From contig OZ237735.1 in the NCBI GenBank assembly GCA_965178125.1, forward strand, positions 62,001-126,000: DNA of 64,000 bases, given 5' to 3'. This DNA is from Bilabrum cf. latius (lineage: Eukaryota). Below, one piece after another: positions 11,601 through 24,959 of the stretch (position 1 is the first letter of the stretch; each line of letters starts with the position of its first letter). The translations under genes were made by a program, and so were the position numbers. Below the pieces are notes generated by a model that was not told where the DNA came from, did not search any database, and saw nothing but the letters and a program-made list of their open reading frames with translations.

Positions 11601-14600
11601 CCCTGGCCCCACCGCTCCACCCCGTGCACCAAGGGCCAATAGAGAGACAGACGCCGCCAGCAGCTCCACTTGCGCCACAGATTGCATTGAATCTGCTCTC
11701 GCCTGAGCGCTCCCAGCTAGTTCTCTGGCCGCTTTGAGCAGCCGGAGAGAAAAATGCGTCACAATTCCAGCCAAAGCTGCACTATCGATGGAACCCAGCG
11801 TTGTCGCAGCGTCACGCGCAGTCAGTGAATCGCTGGTCCCTTCGTGGGTGCTGTGGGAAGCAACGCTACCCGATGCGCTGGATAACCCTGTCCCGCCCCT
11901 GCTTCTGCCCCCACCGGCCTACCCTTGCTCATCATCCACATGTACCTGTGCATCCCCGTCCGACTCTGCGACGGACCAGTTCTCATCTGCTGCAATAGCA
12001 GACCCGCCCGCCAGCTTGGCCTGCCTCTCGGACAGCATGGCAGCGGTCGAGATGGTCGTGCTCTGCCTCCGCTGCCCTTCGTGTGCCACAGCCCGCCGCA
12101 GCAGGCCGGCTCCAGGCACAGCTGCATCCATGGACCAGCGCCAGCGAGATGATGCCTGAAGCCTGGCCACGCTTGAGAACCGACGCTTGCCGCGGTCGCC
12201 TACAGCCTGACCCTCGCCAGATCCAGCCGCGCTGCCGGGGGAAGGCAGCGCCAGCTCACTTCCGACTGGGCTCGGTGCTTCCAGTGCATCGTGCACGATG
12301 GAGGCATCACCAGTGGCCGACCGAGTGCGCGCCCTGATCTGCATGCTGCGCTCCTGCACCTTGGATGTAGCGCGCGAAGCTGTTGATGTCACCGCGAGGC
12401 ACACCTCACGAAGGGCTAGCAGGAGTGATATAATCTCAATGGCGGCGCAAACTACGCCGCTGCTCATTGATCCGTCCTCCAACAGGCTGCCGAGAGCAGC
12501 AGCACACAATTGAGCTGCATTGCAGGCATCGCACGACGCCAGGAGAACCATCGAGATGGGACCACCGGCGGCAACACACCGCCTCAACGAACCAGCAAAG
12601 GCTCTGCACGCCCATGCATGTCTGTCCCCGTTCGTCCCACCCGACGGCACCCGGCCCTGGCTAGACCTCGCGTGATCCGCCGCAGCCTTGGTCATCGCCG
12701 ACAGGCAGCTCACTACGGCCCTCCCAAGGGAGGAGGAGCCTGGCCCCAGCCCCGACCGGATTCGAGTGGCCTGCGCGATCGATGAGGCTCTACGGCGACC
12801 CGAGGCTGAGCTGCTGGTGCTGCCAGCGGAGGGCGTCCGCGTGGGCGCACTCGGCGCCATGGCATCTTGACTGCGGCTGGGGAGTTGTGCCCCTGTGGCC
12901 CCGTCGGTGGCTTCTCCTCGGCTCGCTAGGCCAACCTCGTTCGCAGCGAATGTGGCAGCATACGTGATACTCTGCACCAGCATCCGCTCCCATTCGATGC
13001 TTGTCTGAGTGCACACTGCTCCGACGTGTTCTTGTCCTGAGCGCCCATATGAGCAGGCGACAGAGAGGGAAGCTGCATCGCACACGTCCTAGTATTCCCA
13101 CCCGAGCAGCTTCCGCGGCGCGTCAACGTCTCTGTCGGCCAGATCACCCACCCGTCGGCTCCAGGCCCCCACCACGAGAGGTGCAGATCGCCCCCACAGG
13201 CTCCAGTTGCCGAGGATGCCCCGGAGGCACACAGCATGCAGCACCCGGGAGGGGCGACAGCTCTCAGTTAGCGCGCAGCACGCATCCAGCAGCCGCCCTG
13301 ACGTCCACGTCACTCCATCGAGACCTGAGCGCGCGTCCTCTTGCTTCGTACCCGAAGGTCGCCCGGCTGTGGCAGACAGCCTAGAGAGCTCCGCAGCCAG
13401 CACGCCGCACAGCCGAAGCTGGACAGCAATCTCCAGCGCGGCGCGGCTGCCTGCAACGGCTTGCGACAGCTCGACCACCAGGTTGGCAAGCTGCTGCGAC
13501 GCATGCATGCCAGGATCTCCCGCGCCTGCACCCTCTTCCTGCCCCCGAATTGCAGCGCACGCCCTCCGCACCTCACGCACCCAGCGAGCTGCGCCCAGCA
13601 CACCCATTCCCAGCCGCTGGCTTGGGGCGCAAACCAGCGAGGCAGGCCCTGCGTGACTGACCCCAGATCCTGCCGCGCACATGCGCAGAACGGCCTCAGA
13701 CGGTTCCGCCCCAGCGCCCAGCATGAGCAGTGCCTCGAGCGGGCACCCGGGCGATGCCAGCATCACCGCGGGGGACAGAAGGGCTTCGGCGCCCGTGTCC
13801 TGCTCTCCACCTCCGCGGCCCGGGGGCCCGAGACGGACGTACGCAGCAGTCGCGACTCCCGCGCTCCTCCATACCGGAGTGGTCCAGCACTGCAGCCTGT
13901 CCGTCGAAGAGGCCGCCCTGAACCCGCGGGCCACGCGCACATCCCTTCGGCTGGTGGCCGGCAGCGCCAGCTCCCAGCCAGACCCCTATGCGCCCAATGA
14001 CGTCGATCCCCCCGCCGCTGTATTGCTCTCACCCGCATCCCGCTCCCTTAAGGCTTCGCGGCAATCCCACGCTGTATCAGCCGGGATGAGCGCTGCTGCG
14101 ATGGGAGGCACGTGGGCCGCTTCGACCTACTCCGGGGTGAGGGAGACAGAGCTGTCCCCGCCATCGCCCCCCGTGAGCGTGCCAGCATCCAGCAGCCCAT
14201 CCGAGGGCCGCCGCCGCAGGGGCTTGGGTCTGCCCATCCTCCCGCTCGCCCTCCGTCTCACTGCCTGGCCCTTACCCTGGGCCCGGCCACTGGCCTAGCC
14301 CGAGCCAGACGAGCTAGCTCGCGTGGCTGTAGCCCCTCCAGCCGCAGACGAGCCTCGGGGCCTGCCCTGCCCACCATTTTCCTTGCCCTTGCCCTGCCCC
14401 TGCCCCTGCACCCCCGCTGCTCCGGCCTCCCTGCCCCCACCAGCAGTAGCAGTTTGCACCCCGCGAGACGGTGCCACGGCCAGGCTGCCCTCGCTGGGGC
14501 CGAAGAACGCAGACGATACGGTCGAGAACACAGAGGACACGCCATAGGACGCCCCCTCCACGATATTTGTCGCAGTCGCAGCCGCAGTGTCCGTGGCAGT

Positions 14601-15374
14601 GATCTGCAGCGGGGCAGGCGCGGGCAGCAGCGAGTGCAGGTCGGCGCCGTCCCCGTGGGGGCCCAGCGGCGGCGGGGCGCCGTCGTGGGATTCGCTCGCG
14701 TAACGCCGCACGAGTCCTACTCGATAGACCCGGCTGGGGACATGCAGCGACCACGGCACGGCCGGAGCGTGCCATGGAGTTGCCATGCCGGGGCCTCGCA
14801 GCGCGATCAGCTCTGCGTGGCTGTCAAGCAGGCGGGACCCGAACACAATGCACGGGCCGATAGCCCCGGTGAGATTTTCCCCTATCAAACACTGCACAAT
14901 GCTACCGTTTGGTTCCGGGATCTGGGCAGTCGCAATGAGCTGCCCGTCCAGCCAAAGCCGCAGCTGCGGCTGCCGGAAGTACTCGTGCCACATGGAGATG
15001 CAGATGTTTCGCCAAGAAGTGCACAGCCCGGCAGGTTCGTATCTTTTGGCAGCAGCTTGTACAACGCTGTGCTTTGCCCGGGTCGAAGGCACGCTCTCCG
15101 CGGCAAACCGCCAAACGGCCCGAGCTGCGACACCCACTCCGTTGCTGGCTTCCGCAGATTCACGAACGACTCTCGCCCTCACTCGTAGCGAACCTCCCTT
15201 TGACGATAAAAGCTTAATAGCAGTAAACTCTCCCAGATCCCCAGCGACACGAATCCACACTGAAGCGGCCACTCCACTGTTCGCAGCCACTCCTTGGACA
15301 GGAACTGCAATCCCCGGTATCCCCGAAGATTCAGCTTGCGGGAGCGCTGCGAAATAGCTAGTTTGGTACTACAT
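2646..15374 (-). CDS. Giant BEACH-domain protein (ConA-like, PH-BEACH, Vps62-like segment, WD40), ~4242 aa, apparently intronless, 18 internal TAG
   Basis: One frame broken only by TAG at 15369, 14295, 14127, 13986, 13089, 11919, 11517, 10938, 9924, 9435, 8877, 8496, 6507, 6312, 6249, 4770, 4122 and 3876. Ends TAA at 2646. BEACH motifs: TNLEYLHSLNRFASRT, FRDLRRPIGAL, YGSHFS, FDVTDRLF, EVKEITPEWY, VSSRMHHWIDLMFGHKQRG, HYGQSP. WD-like VAVGCADGTVRLLD. Confidence 0.9.
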
Positions 15375-15501
15375 CAATTGGCGTGAGTTGAAAACGCAAT
15401 TATGTTCAGGAGCTGATGAATCCTGTCCTTGAAGGCAAGCGCAGTGCCTGGACACTTCCAAGCGATCATGCAGTGCACCCACCTACCGATATCGCGCTTC
15501 T

Positions 15502-16974
15502 TCAAGATACCCCACCGCTCTCATCCGCCGCCGCCGGCTGCTCGCTGCCCTCTGCGATCACCGCAGCCACCACCTCAGCGCACTCCCCGTGTCCCCTCAC
15601 TTCCGCCAAGGCCCGCATCCCCTCCATCGCAGCTGGGTCCAGCACGTGCCTGGCCCTGCGCATCCGACCAGCCAGCTCCAGGGGCCGCCCCTCCTCGCAG
15701 CACTACCGTGCAATGCCCGCGTCCTGGCGCGCGTCCCCCGCCCACCGCCAGCGGAGCACCCGCGCCGCCCTCTCCCTGTTCTCGACCCTCAGTCGCCAAT
15801 ACCTCCACGGCGGGCCCGTAGGCCAAACTGTGGCGTACACAGCCTCAGGGGGCAGTCTGTCCTCGCCCGCAGTCAGGAGAGCAGTCACCACGTCCTGGTG
15901 TGGGGAGCAGACAGCCTGAGGGACCTTCCGACCCCTGTACGACGCGATCTGCCTGTCCCTGGCTGCCATGGCGCAGGCCACCCTGAGCGCCCGCCAGTCG
16001 CCAAAGTTTAGCTAGATCCTCCGCTTCCTCCCGGGCACTCGGAGGAACATCCTCACGATGTCCGCGTGTCCGCCGGTCACGGCCTCCATGAACGCGCGGT
16101 GCTTGAAGGCCCGCAGGTCGTACTTGCGCCCCTTTCTGTTGAGGGCCAGCAGCTCGCTCACCACAGCTGTGCTCCCTTGTGCGCATGCCCTCGTCAATGC
16201 ATCACCCTCCTCGGCATGGATGTCCACCTTCCTGTCCCCGTCGAGGCCGAGGAGCGTACGCACCACGTCCACGCGATTGCTCTCGCACGCGGCTCGGAAT
16301 GCAAGCTCATCCTGGGCGTGCACGTTCACCACGCCGTGGCTGCCCGGCCCTAAATTCAGTAAGAACTGGACGGCATCCAAATGTCCGCCGCGGCAGGCAG
16401 CGATGAATGCCGCCTCATCGTCTGCATGGATCTTCGGCGCCCGGACCCCCTTAATGTCCAATAGAGCCCGCATGACTGCCACGTGACCACAGGCACACGC
16501 ATGCTAAATTGGTTTACTATATGCATAATCTGCGCCTGTTGCGTCCGCACCGCTTTCCAGCAGCATCCTAACCATCTCGACGTTTCCGCTACCGCACGCA
16601 GCGTGTATCGGTTCGGATAGCATCTGGGCATCGTTAAGCGCACCAACACCAACATCATGCATCACATACCGGGCAACTGCTTCATTGCCACTACGGCAAG
16701 CATAAGACAGCACTTGCACTACGGCTGATCTCATAGGTGGCTGGCTGAAAGCACCAACAAGTCCAGATCTTCGGATTGCTTCAGCGCACTCAAAATGACC
16801 CTTGGAACAAGCGTTCTAGAAGCATGACGACCACAGCTGGGGCTCATGCTACAGAATAGACTCGCCGCTCTTGGCTGCATTGATCGCCGCCACTACTTGA
16901 CTTGTTGCACCGTCACTTGCTGCATCGAGAACGCCATGCAAGCTGAAGATGTCATAGCTATGGTCGGGATCCAT
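15502..16974 (-). CDS. Ankyrin-repeat protein, ~490 aa, 5 internal TAG
   Basis: Ankyrin units such as IHAACGSGNVEMVRMLLESGAD, AACRGGHLDAVQFLL and RACAQGSTAVVSELL lie in one frame. TAG at 16849, 16816, 16504, 16012 and 15703. Ends TGA 15502. Start MDPDHSY is assumed. Confidence 0.8.
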
Positions 16975-17162
16975 GTGCGACGAGCCTCTCAATATAATTT
17001 TGCGTGTGCCAAGAAACGAATGGTAGCCTGCCGACAAGAGTCGGAACCTTTAATCCGTCAAAAGCAAGATCACCAAGTGTGCGGGATGACTGCACTGCAA
17101 TGCACAGCGATGAAGCTGATAGATCAGATAGAATCTATCACAACAGGTCCAGTGCTTGTCTG

Positions 17163-19301
17163 TCAATCCATGGTGATCGCGCTCTCCTTGCCCCACCCTC
17201 CTTGCTGCACGCCGACCATGCTGTCCCGGTGCTCCGGCCCAGGCCCTGGCCCATCGGCCCCGCCCCACCCAGCAGCAGCGGCCTCCGCCGCTCTGGCCTG
17301 CAGCGACACCGCCCGCAGCTGCCGCTCCAGCCTCGCCGCCCTGTCCTCCGCCGCGTCCCTTTGGGCCATCGCCTCCTCTGCCTGCCGCAGGGCCTCCTGC
17401 AGCCGGGCCCCCGCACCCGCACCCGCACCCGCACCCGCACCCGCACCCGCACCCTCGCCTGCTGCAGCACCCGGGCCGCTTGCACTGGCAGCGGGACTGT
17501 CACCCGCCCGAGCACCTCCCCCAGGAACAACCCCCGGCGCACCCTCGGTCGCACGGCCATCCGACCTATCTCCCACACCTCCCTGACCATCCGAGTCGCC
17601 CCCGCCCGCGGTGCTGCGCGCCGCAGTGCCCTGCAGCTCCCTGACCTGCTCCTGCAGCCGCTTCACCTGCTCGTCCAGGAAGATCGCCACGTGCCTCTCG
17701 CTGCGGCGCCTCACCTCGGCCTTATCCAGGGCTGCCCTAGCCTCCCGCAGCTGCTTCTCCGTATCCTCGTGCTGCGCTGCGAGGAAACCCTTCACCTCCT
17801 GCGCTGTGGCCAGCTCCATGGCCAGCGTCTGCGCCCTGCTCGAGGCCTCCCGCGCGGCAGCGCGGGCCGTCTGCACGTTCCGCATGAGCACGCTGGCCTC
17901 CTGGTAGCTGATGCCCTTCCCGCTTCCCCCGCCGCTGCCTCCCGCCCCCGGGCCAGGACCACCGCTCGAAGGGGCGCCGGCTCGCCTAGTCGGCTGGCCC
18001 GCCGAGCTCCTGGCTCCAGGCGCGATCGGGGGAGTGCCAGGCGCGGCCGCCGCCCTGGGGCCCGCCACCCCTGCGTGTGGAGCCGGCGAACCGCGCCTGC
18101 TTCCAACCGCCCCTGAGCTGCCCCCTCCCCCTTTCCCACCCCCTCCCCCGGTACTGAAGGCGGCGAACGGGTTGAAGGAGAAGCCCCGTGACGCGCTCGC
18201 CTTGGGCTCCTGCAGCTGGCCCCTGGCACCGCCGCCCTGGGTCCTAGGCACGAGCCCTGACCGCGCCCTCGCGACCCCCTGCGGGTGGGGGTGCGGCTGT
18301 CCCCCGGGGCTCTAGGTGGTGGGGGTCATGGCCCCGGGGGTGAGTGCGTGTCTCCCCGGCATGGCCAGCACCCGCGGCTCAGCGGCCGCTCCCTCGGGCG
18401 TGGGCAGGCCAGGCAGGCGGGAGGAAGGGTCCCTCTAGGGGCTCCCAGGGGTGCCTCGCCCTCCCGCTCCCACGGGGACAGACGCCACAGACCGCCCCGA
18501 TGGGGACAGAGGCACGCCACCCGCCCACCCGGGCCCCCCCCGCGGGTCCCTGTCGCCGAGACCCGAGGAGGTGCTGAAGGCGTCAGAGGGGCGCCGCCCG
18601 CGAGCGCCTGGTCGCGGACCGAAGTCTGCAAACGAGGCGGACGGCCCCCTGTGCTGGCTGGCAGCCACGCTGCCGGCCCGACCGACGTCCAGCGACGCTG
18701 AGGCCACGAGGCCGAGCGCAACCGAGCGGCTGTGCATGCTCCGGCTCGTCAGGGCCAGCCGGACCCTCGGCGCAGCTCCTAGAAACTGATAGATACGAGA
18801 AAATGCCTTCGCGCGGAGGCGAAAGAAAAGGTATTCGCCGGGCACCCGAGTGCCCGCTACGCTGCCAACTGCGCCGATACCTGCCGCGCCGGGGCCCTAG
18901 CCGGCTGGCCCGGCAGAAACCTGGTTCCATTCCACGCCGCGCCCTGCTAGCAGCCCAGACATGCGCTCCAATTGCACACGCTGCTCCTCGACTCGCTCAA
19001 TTAGCCTTCTGCAAAGGTCTTCCAACCTGCGTTATAGCATGACAAACGTCTCTCGGCGCGCAACCTGGTGAAGCCCACCAACTGTGAATACAGCCAACTG
19101 AAGGGGCGCACGGTTAATTTATAAGCACGCCACACGGCCTCACAGAACTCGCTCGTCCAGAGCCCGTACCACCAACGACAGCTCTTGGTCAAGGCTGGCC
19201 AACGGTCCTGCACTGGGACCTCCAGCTCCAGCAGGCAAGGAGCCGCTCGCGGGGGCTGACGAGCCCCCTATGACACTATCCTGCGCAAGGACTTCTGCCA
19301 T
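17163..19301 (-). CDS. Hypothetical coiled-coil protein with low-complexity linkers, 1 intron, 3 internal TAG
   Basis: Intron 19143-19027 (GTGAGG...ACGCAG) removes in-frame TGA/TAA and joins LDERVL-LEDLCRRL. TAG at 18897, 18435 and 18312. Heptad-rich C-terminal half. Ends TGA. Start is 19301 or 19355. Confidence 0.65.
17412..17455. repeat. (GCACCC)n hexamer microsatellite encoding Gly-Ala dipeptides on the minus strand
   Basis: About 7 direct tandem copies within the coding frame. Confidence 0.85.
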
Positions 19302-19353
19302 TGCTTCACCTCTCGGTGGCAGATTGCCGGCATCGATCGCAGCTCGTGCGACC

Positions 19354-22300
19354 ATGTGCGGAGCCGAAAGCGCGGCGCCGCGACCAAAAAGGGATGCGTT
19401 GCAGCAACTGCAAACTGTGAGGTATTTTACGGCTGGTGCGATATGTCGCCATGGTTGATGGCGTGTATCCTTTTTTTTCAGATATCATTGAGCTAGACAG
19501 CCGATCCTAGAGTGCCTGAGGTACATGTGGTGGCATTCAGCCTGCGAATTAGCCCAACGAGGCGGTTCGCTCCGTTCACGACAGTTTTGTCGGTATCCAA
19601 CGAAACAGTCGTAGTGTCCAATATATCTGGGTCTGGGCTGCCATTTTCGATGCTTCCGGCATCGGTGCGTCCCGGCGCAGACCCGGTGGAGCAGGCCGCC
19701 TCAGCGTTCAGCGACCCAGGACCGCTGGTGTACGCGATTCTGCCGGAGAGCACGACGGATGGGGTCGCGACGGGTACTGCTCTCGAAGCGCGGTCGAATC
19801 GACTAGGTGGATTCGCCAACGGGGGCGAGTTTCCGTCGCTGGAGGATCTCCCGGCTGCCGTCAACACGCCAGGGTGGGACGTGGTGCGGCTGCGCAACTT
19901 GCAGGGGCAGCCCTCTCTGGTGTACCGCACGAAGCACGAGGCGGACTCGGACCCTGACGTGACTTGCACGCTGGTGGCGGACGAGTTCATCGACTACTCG
20001 TGGCGCTCCGAGGTGGTGGTGCGCCAGACCATGGGCACGCAGGCAGCCGGGTGCATGGGACTGCGGCCCATCACGCTGCCGCAAGTACATCGCATGACGG
20101 CGCGGCTGTACGTGGGGCTGCTTCCGGTGATGATCATATACCTCGCAGTTGTGGCTGGGGCCGCCCTGGCAGTCTCCACGGTAAGCTTCGCGATGGACCG
20201 CGGGATGATCCCGGTGTACGACGGCAAGGCCCAGGGCCTCAGCGCCCTGCGGCTGGCCATCTTCGGGGCGGAGATAATCTTCTGGCTGGACCTTGCAGGC
20301 ACGGGCACGGCTGCGGCCCAGTCCTGGGGCCTGCTGGGCGCGATGGTCGTTGGGTTCCTCCTGAGCGCGGGGTGCACGAGGTACTTCTTCCGCCTGGACC
20401 AGGTGGCAGAGGACCTGCCGGTCCAGGAGGCGGTAAAGCTGTGGGTGTTCGAGAACCAGCCGACCGTGTGGGCCGTGTCGGTCGCGTCGGGCATGGGGGG
20501 GCACGTGGCATCCGTGGCGTTCTCGGGGGCATTTGCGATGCGCCGCTTCTCGTGCCCCGCTGGGGTGAAGCGCAGGATCGTGTACACGTGGCTGGCGCTG
20601 CCCGTGGCACTCATCACGGACGGGACTTGTCTCACCGTGACCACCCTGCTGCTGCACCTGCAGACCCCTGACGTGATCATCCCGCTTTCTACGTACGGGG
20701 CTGCCTTCCTCTCTGCGCTGGGAATCGCCACTGCCTTTGCGGTGGCGGTGCTGGCCCCAGTGGCAGAGGAGGAGAGCAAGCATGTGAGCCGGCTGGCTGC
20801 CATCTTCGCCATGAAGAGACAGGCGCAGTGGGTCAAGGCACAGGAGGAGAAGGCGCTCAAGGAGGCCGAGGAGCACGAGAGGCGCGCCAGGGAACTGGAG
20901 GAAGCCGGGGGTGTGCTGGAAGACAGGCATGAAATGGACGACGGGGAAGAGGGAGAGGGGGGGAATATCTTGGGCGCAGGGGTGGGCGAGGGAGGCGAGA
21001 GCAAAGAGGCGCCGGGGGGTGCTCCTGCATAGGGGGCACCCGGCAGCGGCGGCAGGAGCTCTGGCCGACGGACGGCGAGGATCGTGCGCAAGGTGGGGGT
21101 GGGTGCTCGCTCCAGAGGGCTGCACATCGCACCCGCCTCGTCCCACAGGCAGCAGCAGCCCACGGCCCGCACGGGTACCAATCCGTTCAGCACGGGGCGC
21201 AGAGGCAGCCGCACGGGCAGCAAAGGGGGCGTCTTGTCGGCGCGGATCACGCCTGCGGACGGCTTAACCGAGGCAGAGCGAGAGCTAGCGGCGCGGGAGG
21301 ACGCCTACCGCATGGAGCTGGAGGAGGAGGCGGAGGCTCTCGGGGTGGACCCAGCCACCATGGAGGGGCAGGTGGAGCTAGCCAAGCGAGCGGAGGAGCC
21401 CCTGGAGCTGGACAACAAGGGGGGGTTCGTGGGTCTGGCCCCGCCCGTCCCCCAGGTGAAGGGGGTGCGCCCTGACGTGGTGCGCTACATGCAGAAGGCA
21501 GTCAGGGCAAAGGGGGTGTACCGCGGCCCGGCCACTGCCGCCCGCAAAGTGCGTGGAGTCACAAGGGATGGCACGCGGGTGGCCTTTGGCGGCGATACCA
21601 CGGGGACGGGGCCGACGGGGACCAGCGTGCGGGCCAAGAGGTCCCGGCGCACCTCGGGGGCGGGGGCGGGCCTAAGGGAGGAGGAGCTGGCGGCCCGGCG
21701 TGCAGCCGCCCAGATCGCAGTGCCCGGCATGTCGCGCGTCAAGGAGGACGGAGGGGGTCGGGGGCGGATCGGGGGCCGGCGGTCCGTGGTGGCCGAGGCG
21801 CGGGAGGCGATGCATGCCGGGCTTGGACTCGGAGTCAAGGGGTCCCAGGGGCACTACAAGAAGGGGGTGTGGGGGGGCGACGGCGGGATGCAGACCGTGG
21901 GCGGTCCCCCGGAGCCGTTCGACGAAGAGACGTACAAGCTGCCCAGCGTGATCCACGGGAGGCCCTCCAGGAGCCGCGGGTCGGCAAGGGAACGGGCTGG
22001 GGGACAGAGAGAGGGGGGACAAGGCGGGCATGGGGCCCTCACGCCTGCTGGTGCTGGCGCGGGGTCCAGCGGGAGCGACGATGCCGGAGCACGAGCACGA
22101 GCACGAGCACGTGCAGGGGACCTTGCGACGGGCGGTCACGTGGCTGTGGGCATGGAGGGGCCGCGGTCGCCTACTCCCGAAGCCAGGGGGGGCGCGATGG
22201 GCCTGCAGTGGACAGAGCCGACAGAGGGCACCAGCACCGCGGGGCAGGGCACCGGCACCGGCAGCAAGCCGACGAGCAGCGAGGGGGGAGGTGATGAGGA

Positions 22301-22604
22301 GCAGCGGCCGCGGCTGATGTCCCAGATTTCGGCTAGATCTTACGCCAGCTCGACGGGAGGTCTGGTGCCACAAGGCGTGGCGGCTCGCATGGGGCTGGGG
22401 CACGGCTTCGGGTCGGACCACGACATCCCGGGCTCGGTAGCGGTAGCGGCGGGGTCTGGCATGCTGCTGCCCGACTCGCCATCTCAGAGGAGCGTGGGGA
22501 GCGAGGGGAGCGATTCAAAGGATGGTAGCGGCGCAGATGATGGAGGCAGCAAGGTCGTGGCCAGCGGGGTGGCACTCGGGGGCCGTAGGCGCGGGCAGGG
22601 CTGA
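19354..22604 (+). CDS. Multi-pass membrane protein with long disordered C-terminal tail, 2 internal TAG
   Basis: ORFs 19512..21032 and 21084..22604 are in frame and separated by TAG 21030. There are about 6-7 hydrophobic helices at ~20100-20760. The main exon starts after acceptor TTTTTTTTCAG (19481) and contains TAG 19494. First exon 19354-19416 is tentative. Ends TGA. Confidence 0.65.
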
Positions 22605-22831
22605 TCCGGATCTCGGCAGGCAACCATTCCGAGTCGGATCCGAACAAACACGTCAGCTGTACTTGCATGCGCTTGCCGCGCTACATATTCCGTAGTTCAG
22701 CTAGATTTGGGTTGAAACGCATCGCAGTTACTTTGTGCTTGCGCACGGTCTCCTTTGAAGCGGGCAATCTCGTGAAAATCACTGAATTCACGCCGCGTCA
22801 CACGTACACGTAGGCGCTGTCCATTCGAGCC

Positions 22832-23610
22832 ATGTCCGGTGCAGCAGGCTCGAAACGCAAACGTTCAAACGATGGTAATGAATCTTCAGGAAAGAAAGCT
22901 AGAACTAGTTCAAAGTCTAGTGATGTGGGCCACAAGGTAGTCAATGCCGACGAAGACAGCGCTCGAGTGCGGCGGGAGCGTGTAATGGTCGTCAAGTCTG
23001 GGAAGAGCGACGGGGGCCCATGCAAGGGTCCCATTATCTTATGGATGTCGCGCGACTAGAGAGTGCGCGACAACCATGCCCTGCTGTATGCTGCTGATAA
23101 GGCAATCGAGTCCGACCAGCCTCTCGTGGTTTGCTTCAATCTCGTGAAGGGATTCCTAGGTGCTACGATTCGCCAGTTTGGATTTATGCTAGATGGCTTG
23201 AAGGAAGTTGAGGGGGCTCTGACTGCAAGGGGCGTTCCGTTCGTTCTGCTGCAGGGAAACGCGGCAGACACGGTTCCAGCTCTTGCTAGGGGCATCGGCG
23301 CCGCTGCCGTGGTCACGGACCTGACTACAGTGCGGATCGGCAGGGAGTGGAGGCGAGCAGTAGCAGAAAACCTCCCGCCCAACGTCTCCTTTGAGGTGGT
23401 GGACGCGCATAACGTGGTTCCAGTCTGGGTGGCCAGCCCAAAGCTCGAGTACGCCGCCCGCACCATCCGCTCCAAGATCCACAAGCAGCTGGGAGACTGG
23501 TTCCTGCCAGTGCCGCCTGTCTTCCCGGACCTTCCATCAGCTGTAGATGCGGCCCTGGATGGCGCACCGGGCGCGGGTGAACGAGCTTCCTCCTCCTCCA
23601 AGCCATCCTC

Positions 23611-23643
<33 letters not shown>

Positions 23644-24712
23644 AGCTGCAGCGTCATCCGGCGAGTCGTCCTCATCCTCATCGGCGGCCTCGTCCTCTTC
23701 CTCTTCCTCTTCCTCTTCCTCTTCCTCTTCCTCTTCCTCCCGAGGCAGCGCGCCCGTGCCCCGTGGCATGGACTCAGGGTCCATCAAGATGGACGGGCCA
23801 TCGTCGTCCGACTCTTGTTCTCTCCTGGGTGTGGGTGCATCGATCGACTGGGCCAAGGCGAAAGCCGGGCTGCAGGTGGACCGCGACGTGCAGGAGGTGG
23901 ACTGGATCAAGCCCGGGGAACAGGGCGGGGCACGAGCACTGGGAGCCTTCTGCGACCGGCTGAAAGGATACAGCAAGCACCGGAACGACGCCAGCAAGGA
24001 CGCACTCTCCGGACTCAGCCCCTACTTCCACTTCGGGCAGCTGAGCCCGCTGGCTGCCAACCTGGCGGTGCGGCGGCGGCGCAAGGCAGACCCCGAGTCC
24101 GCTGACGCCTTTTTCGAGGAGTCTGTGATTCGGCGGGAGCTGTCTGACAACTACTGCTTCTACAACCCGCAGTACGACCAGATCGAGGGTCTGTACCCGC
24201 AGTTCGGGAACAACTCGTGGGCGCAGCTGAGTCTCAGGGAACACGCCGGGGACAGGAGGCCCAAGGTGTACACGTACGACCAGCTGGACAGGGGCGAGAC
24301 GCACGACGAATTGTGGAACGCGTGCCAGATGGAGATGGTGGTCCGCGGCAAGATGCACGGGTTCTGCCGCATGCTCTGGGCCAAGAAGATCCTCGAGTGG
24401 ACCGAGAGTCCCCAGCAGGCCATGGATGTCGCTCTCAAGCTCAACGACAGGTACGAGTTGGACGGGAGGGACCCAAACGGATACGTCGGGGTGGCGTGGT
24501 CCGTGGCGGGCGTGCATGACCAGGGCTGGAAGGAGCGGGAGGTCTTCGGCAAGATCAGGTACATGTCCAGCGACGCGTGCAAGAAGAAGTTCGACGTGGC
24601 TGCCTACGTGGCCAACGTGCGGCGCATAGTGGATGCATGGAGGCGGGCAGGGGGCAGATTCGCGTCCGAGGCAGGGTCCGCGGCCGCGTCGGGCAGTGCT
24701 GAAGATGAGTGA
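22832..24712 (+). CDS. PHR1: Class II CPD photolyase, ~626 aa, 1 internal TAG
   Basis: Motifs WMSRD[TAG 23057]RVRDNHAL, VDAHNVVPVWVASPKLEYAARTIRSKI, LSGLSPYFHFGQLS, RRELSDNYCFYN, GKMHGFCRMLWAKKILEW and DGRDPNGYVGVAWS. Ends TGA. Confidence 0.95.
23587..23740. repeat. TCC/TCG/TCT microsatellite tracts encoding poly-Ser in the photolyase interdomain linker
   Basis: (TCCTCG)n and (TCCTCT)n runs are directly visible. Confidence 0.85.
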
Positions 24713-24959
24713 TGGATCAGATCCAGCCGCCGTGTTGGAGAGACCCGGAGTGGCCAAAACCAGACGAATACCGTGTGCAACCTATTTGCGATTCGGGCTC
24801 CATACATCTGCACTCATTGAAGATTAAAAACGCTACAAGTATCGAAGCATGTTGCGGTTTGACGGTATATTTGCTTTCAATAGGCAGCAAAGACGCCCGG
24901 ATTCATCAGCATATGGCTTCGGACACGCTGGCCTAGTTCTGACGCCAGGCGGGGAGACA

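Noticed and set aside
23057-23059. Pyrrolysine, Trp via A-to-I editing, or Leu/Glu/Tyr assignment of TAG
   Set aside because: Four unrelated families show conserved Gln at the TAG. U-to-C mRNA editing to CAG cannot be formally excluded without RNA-seq, but it is implausible at this density.
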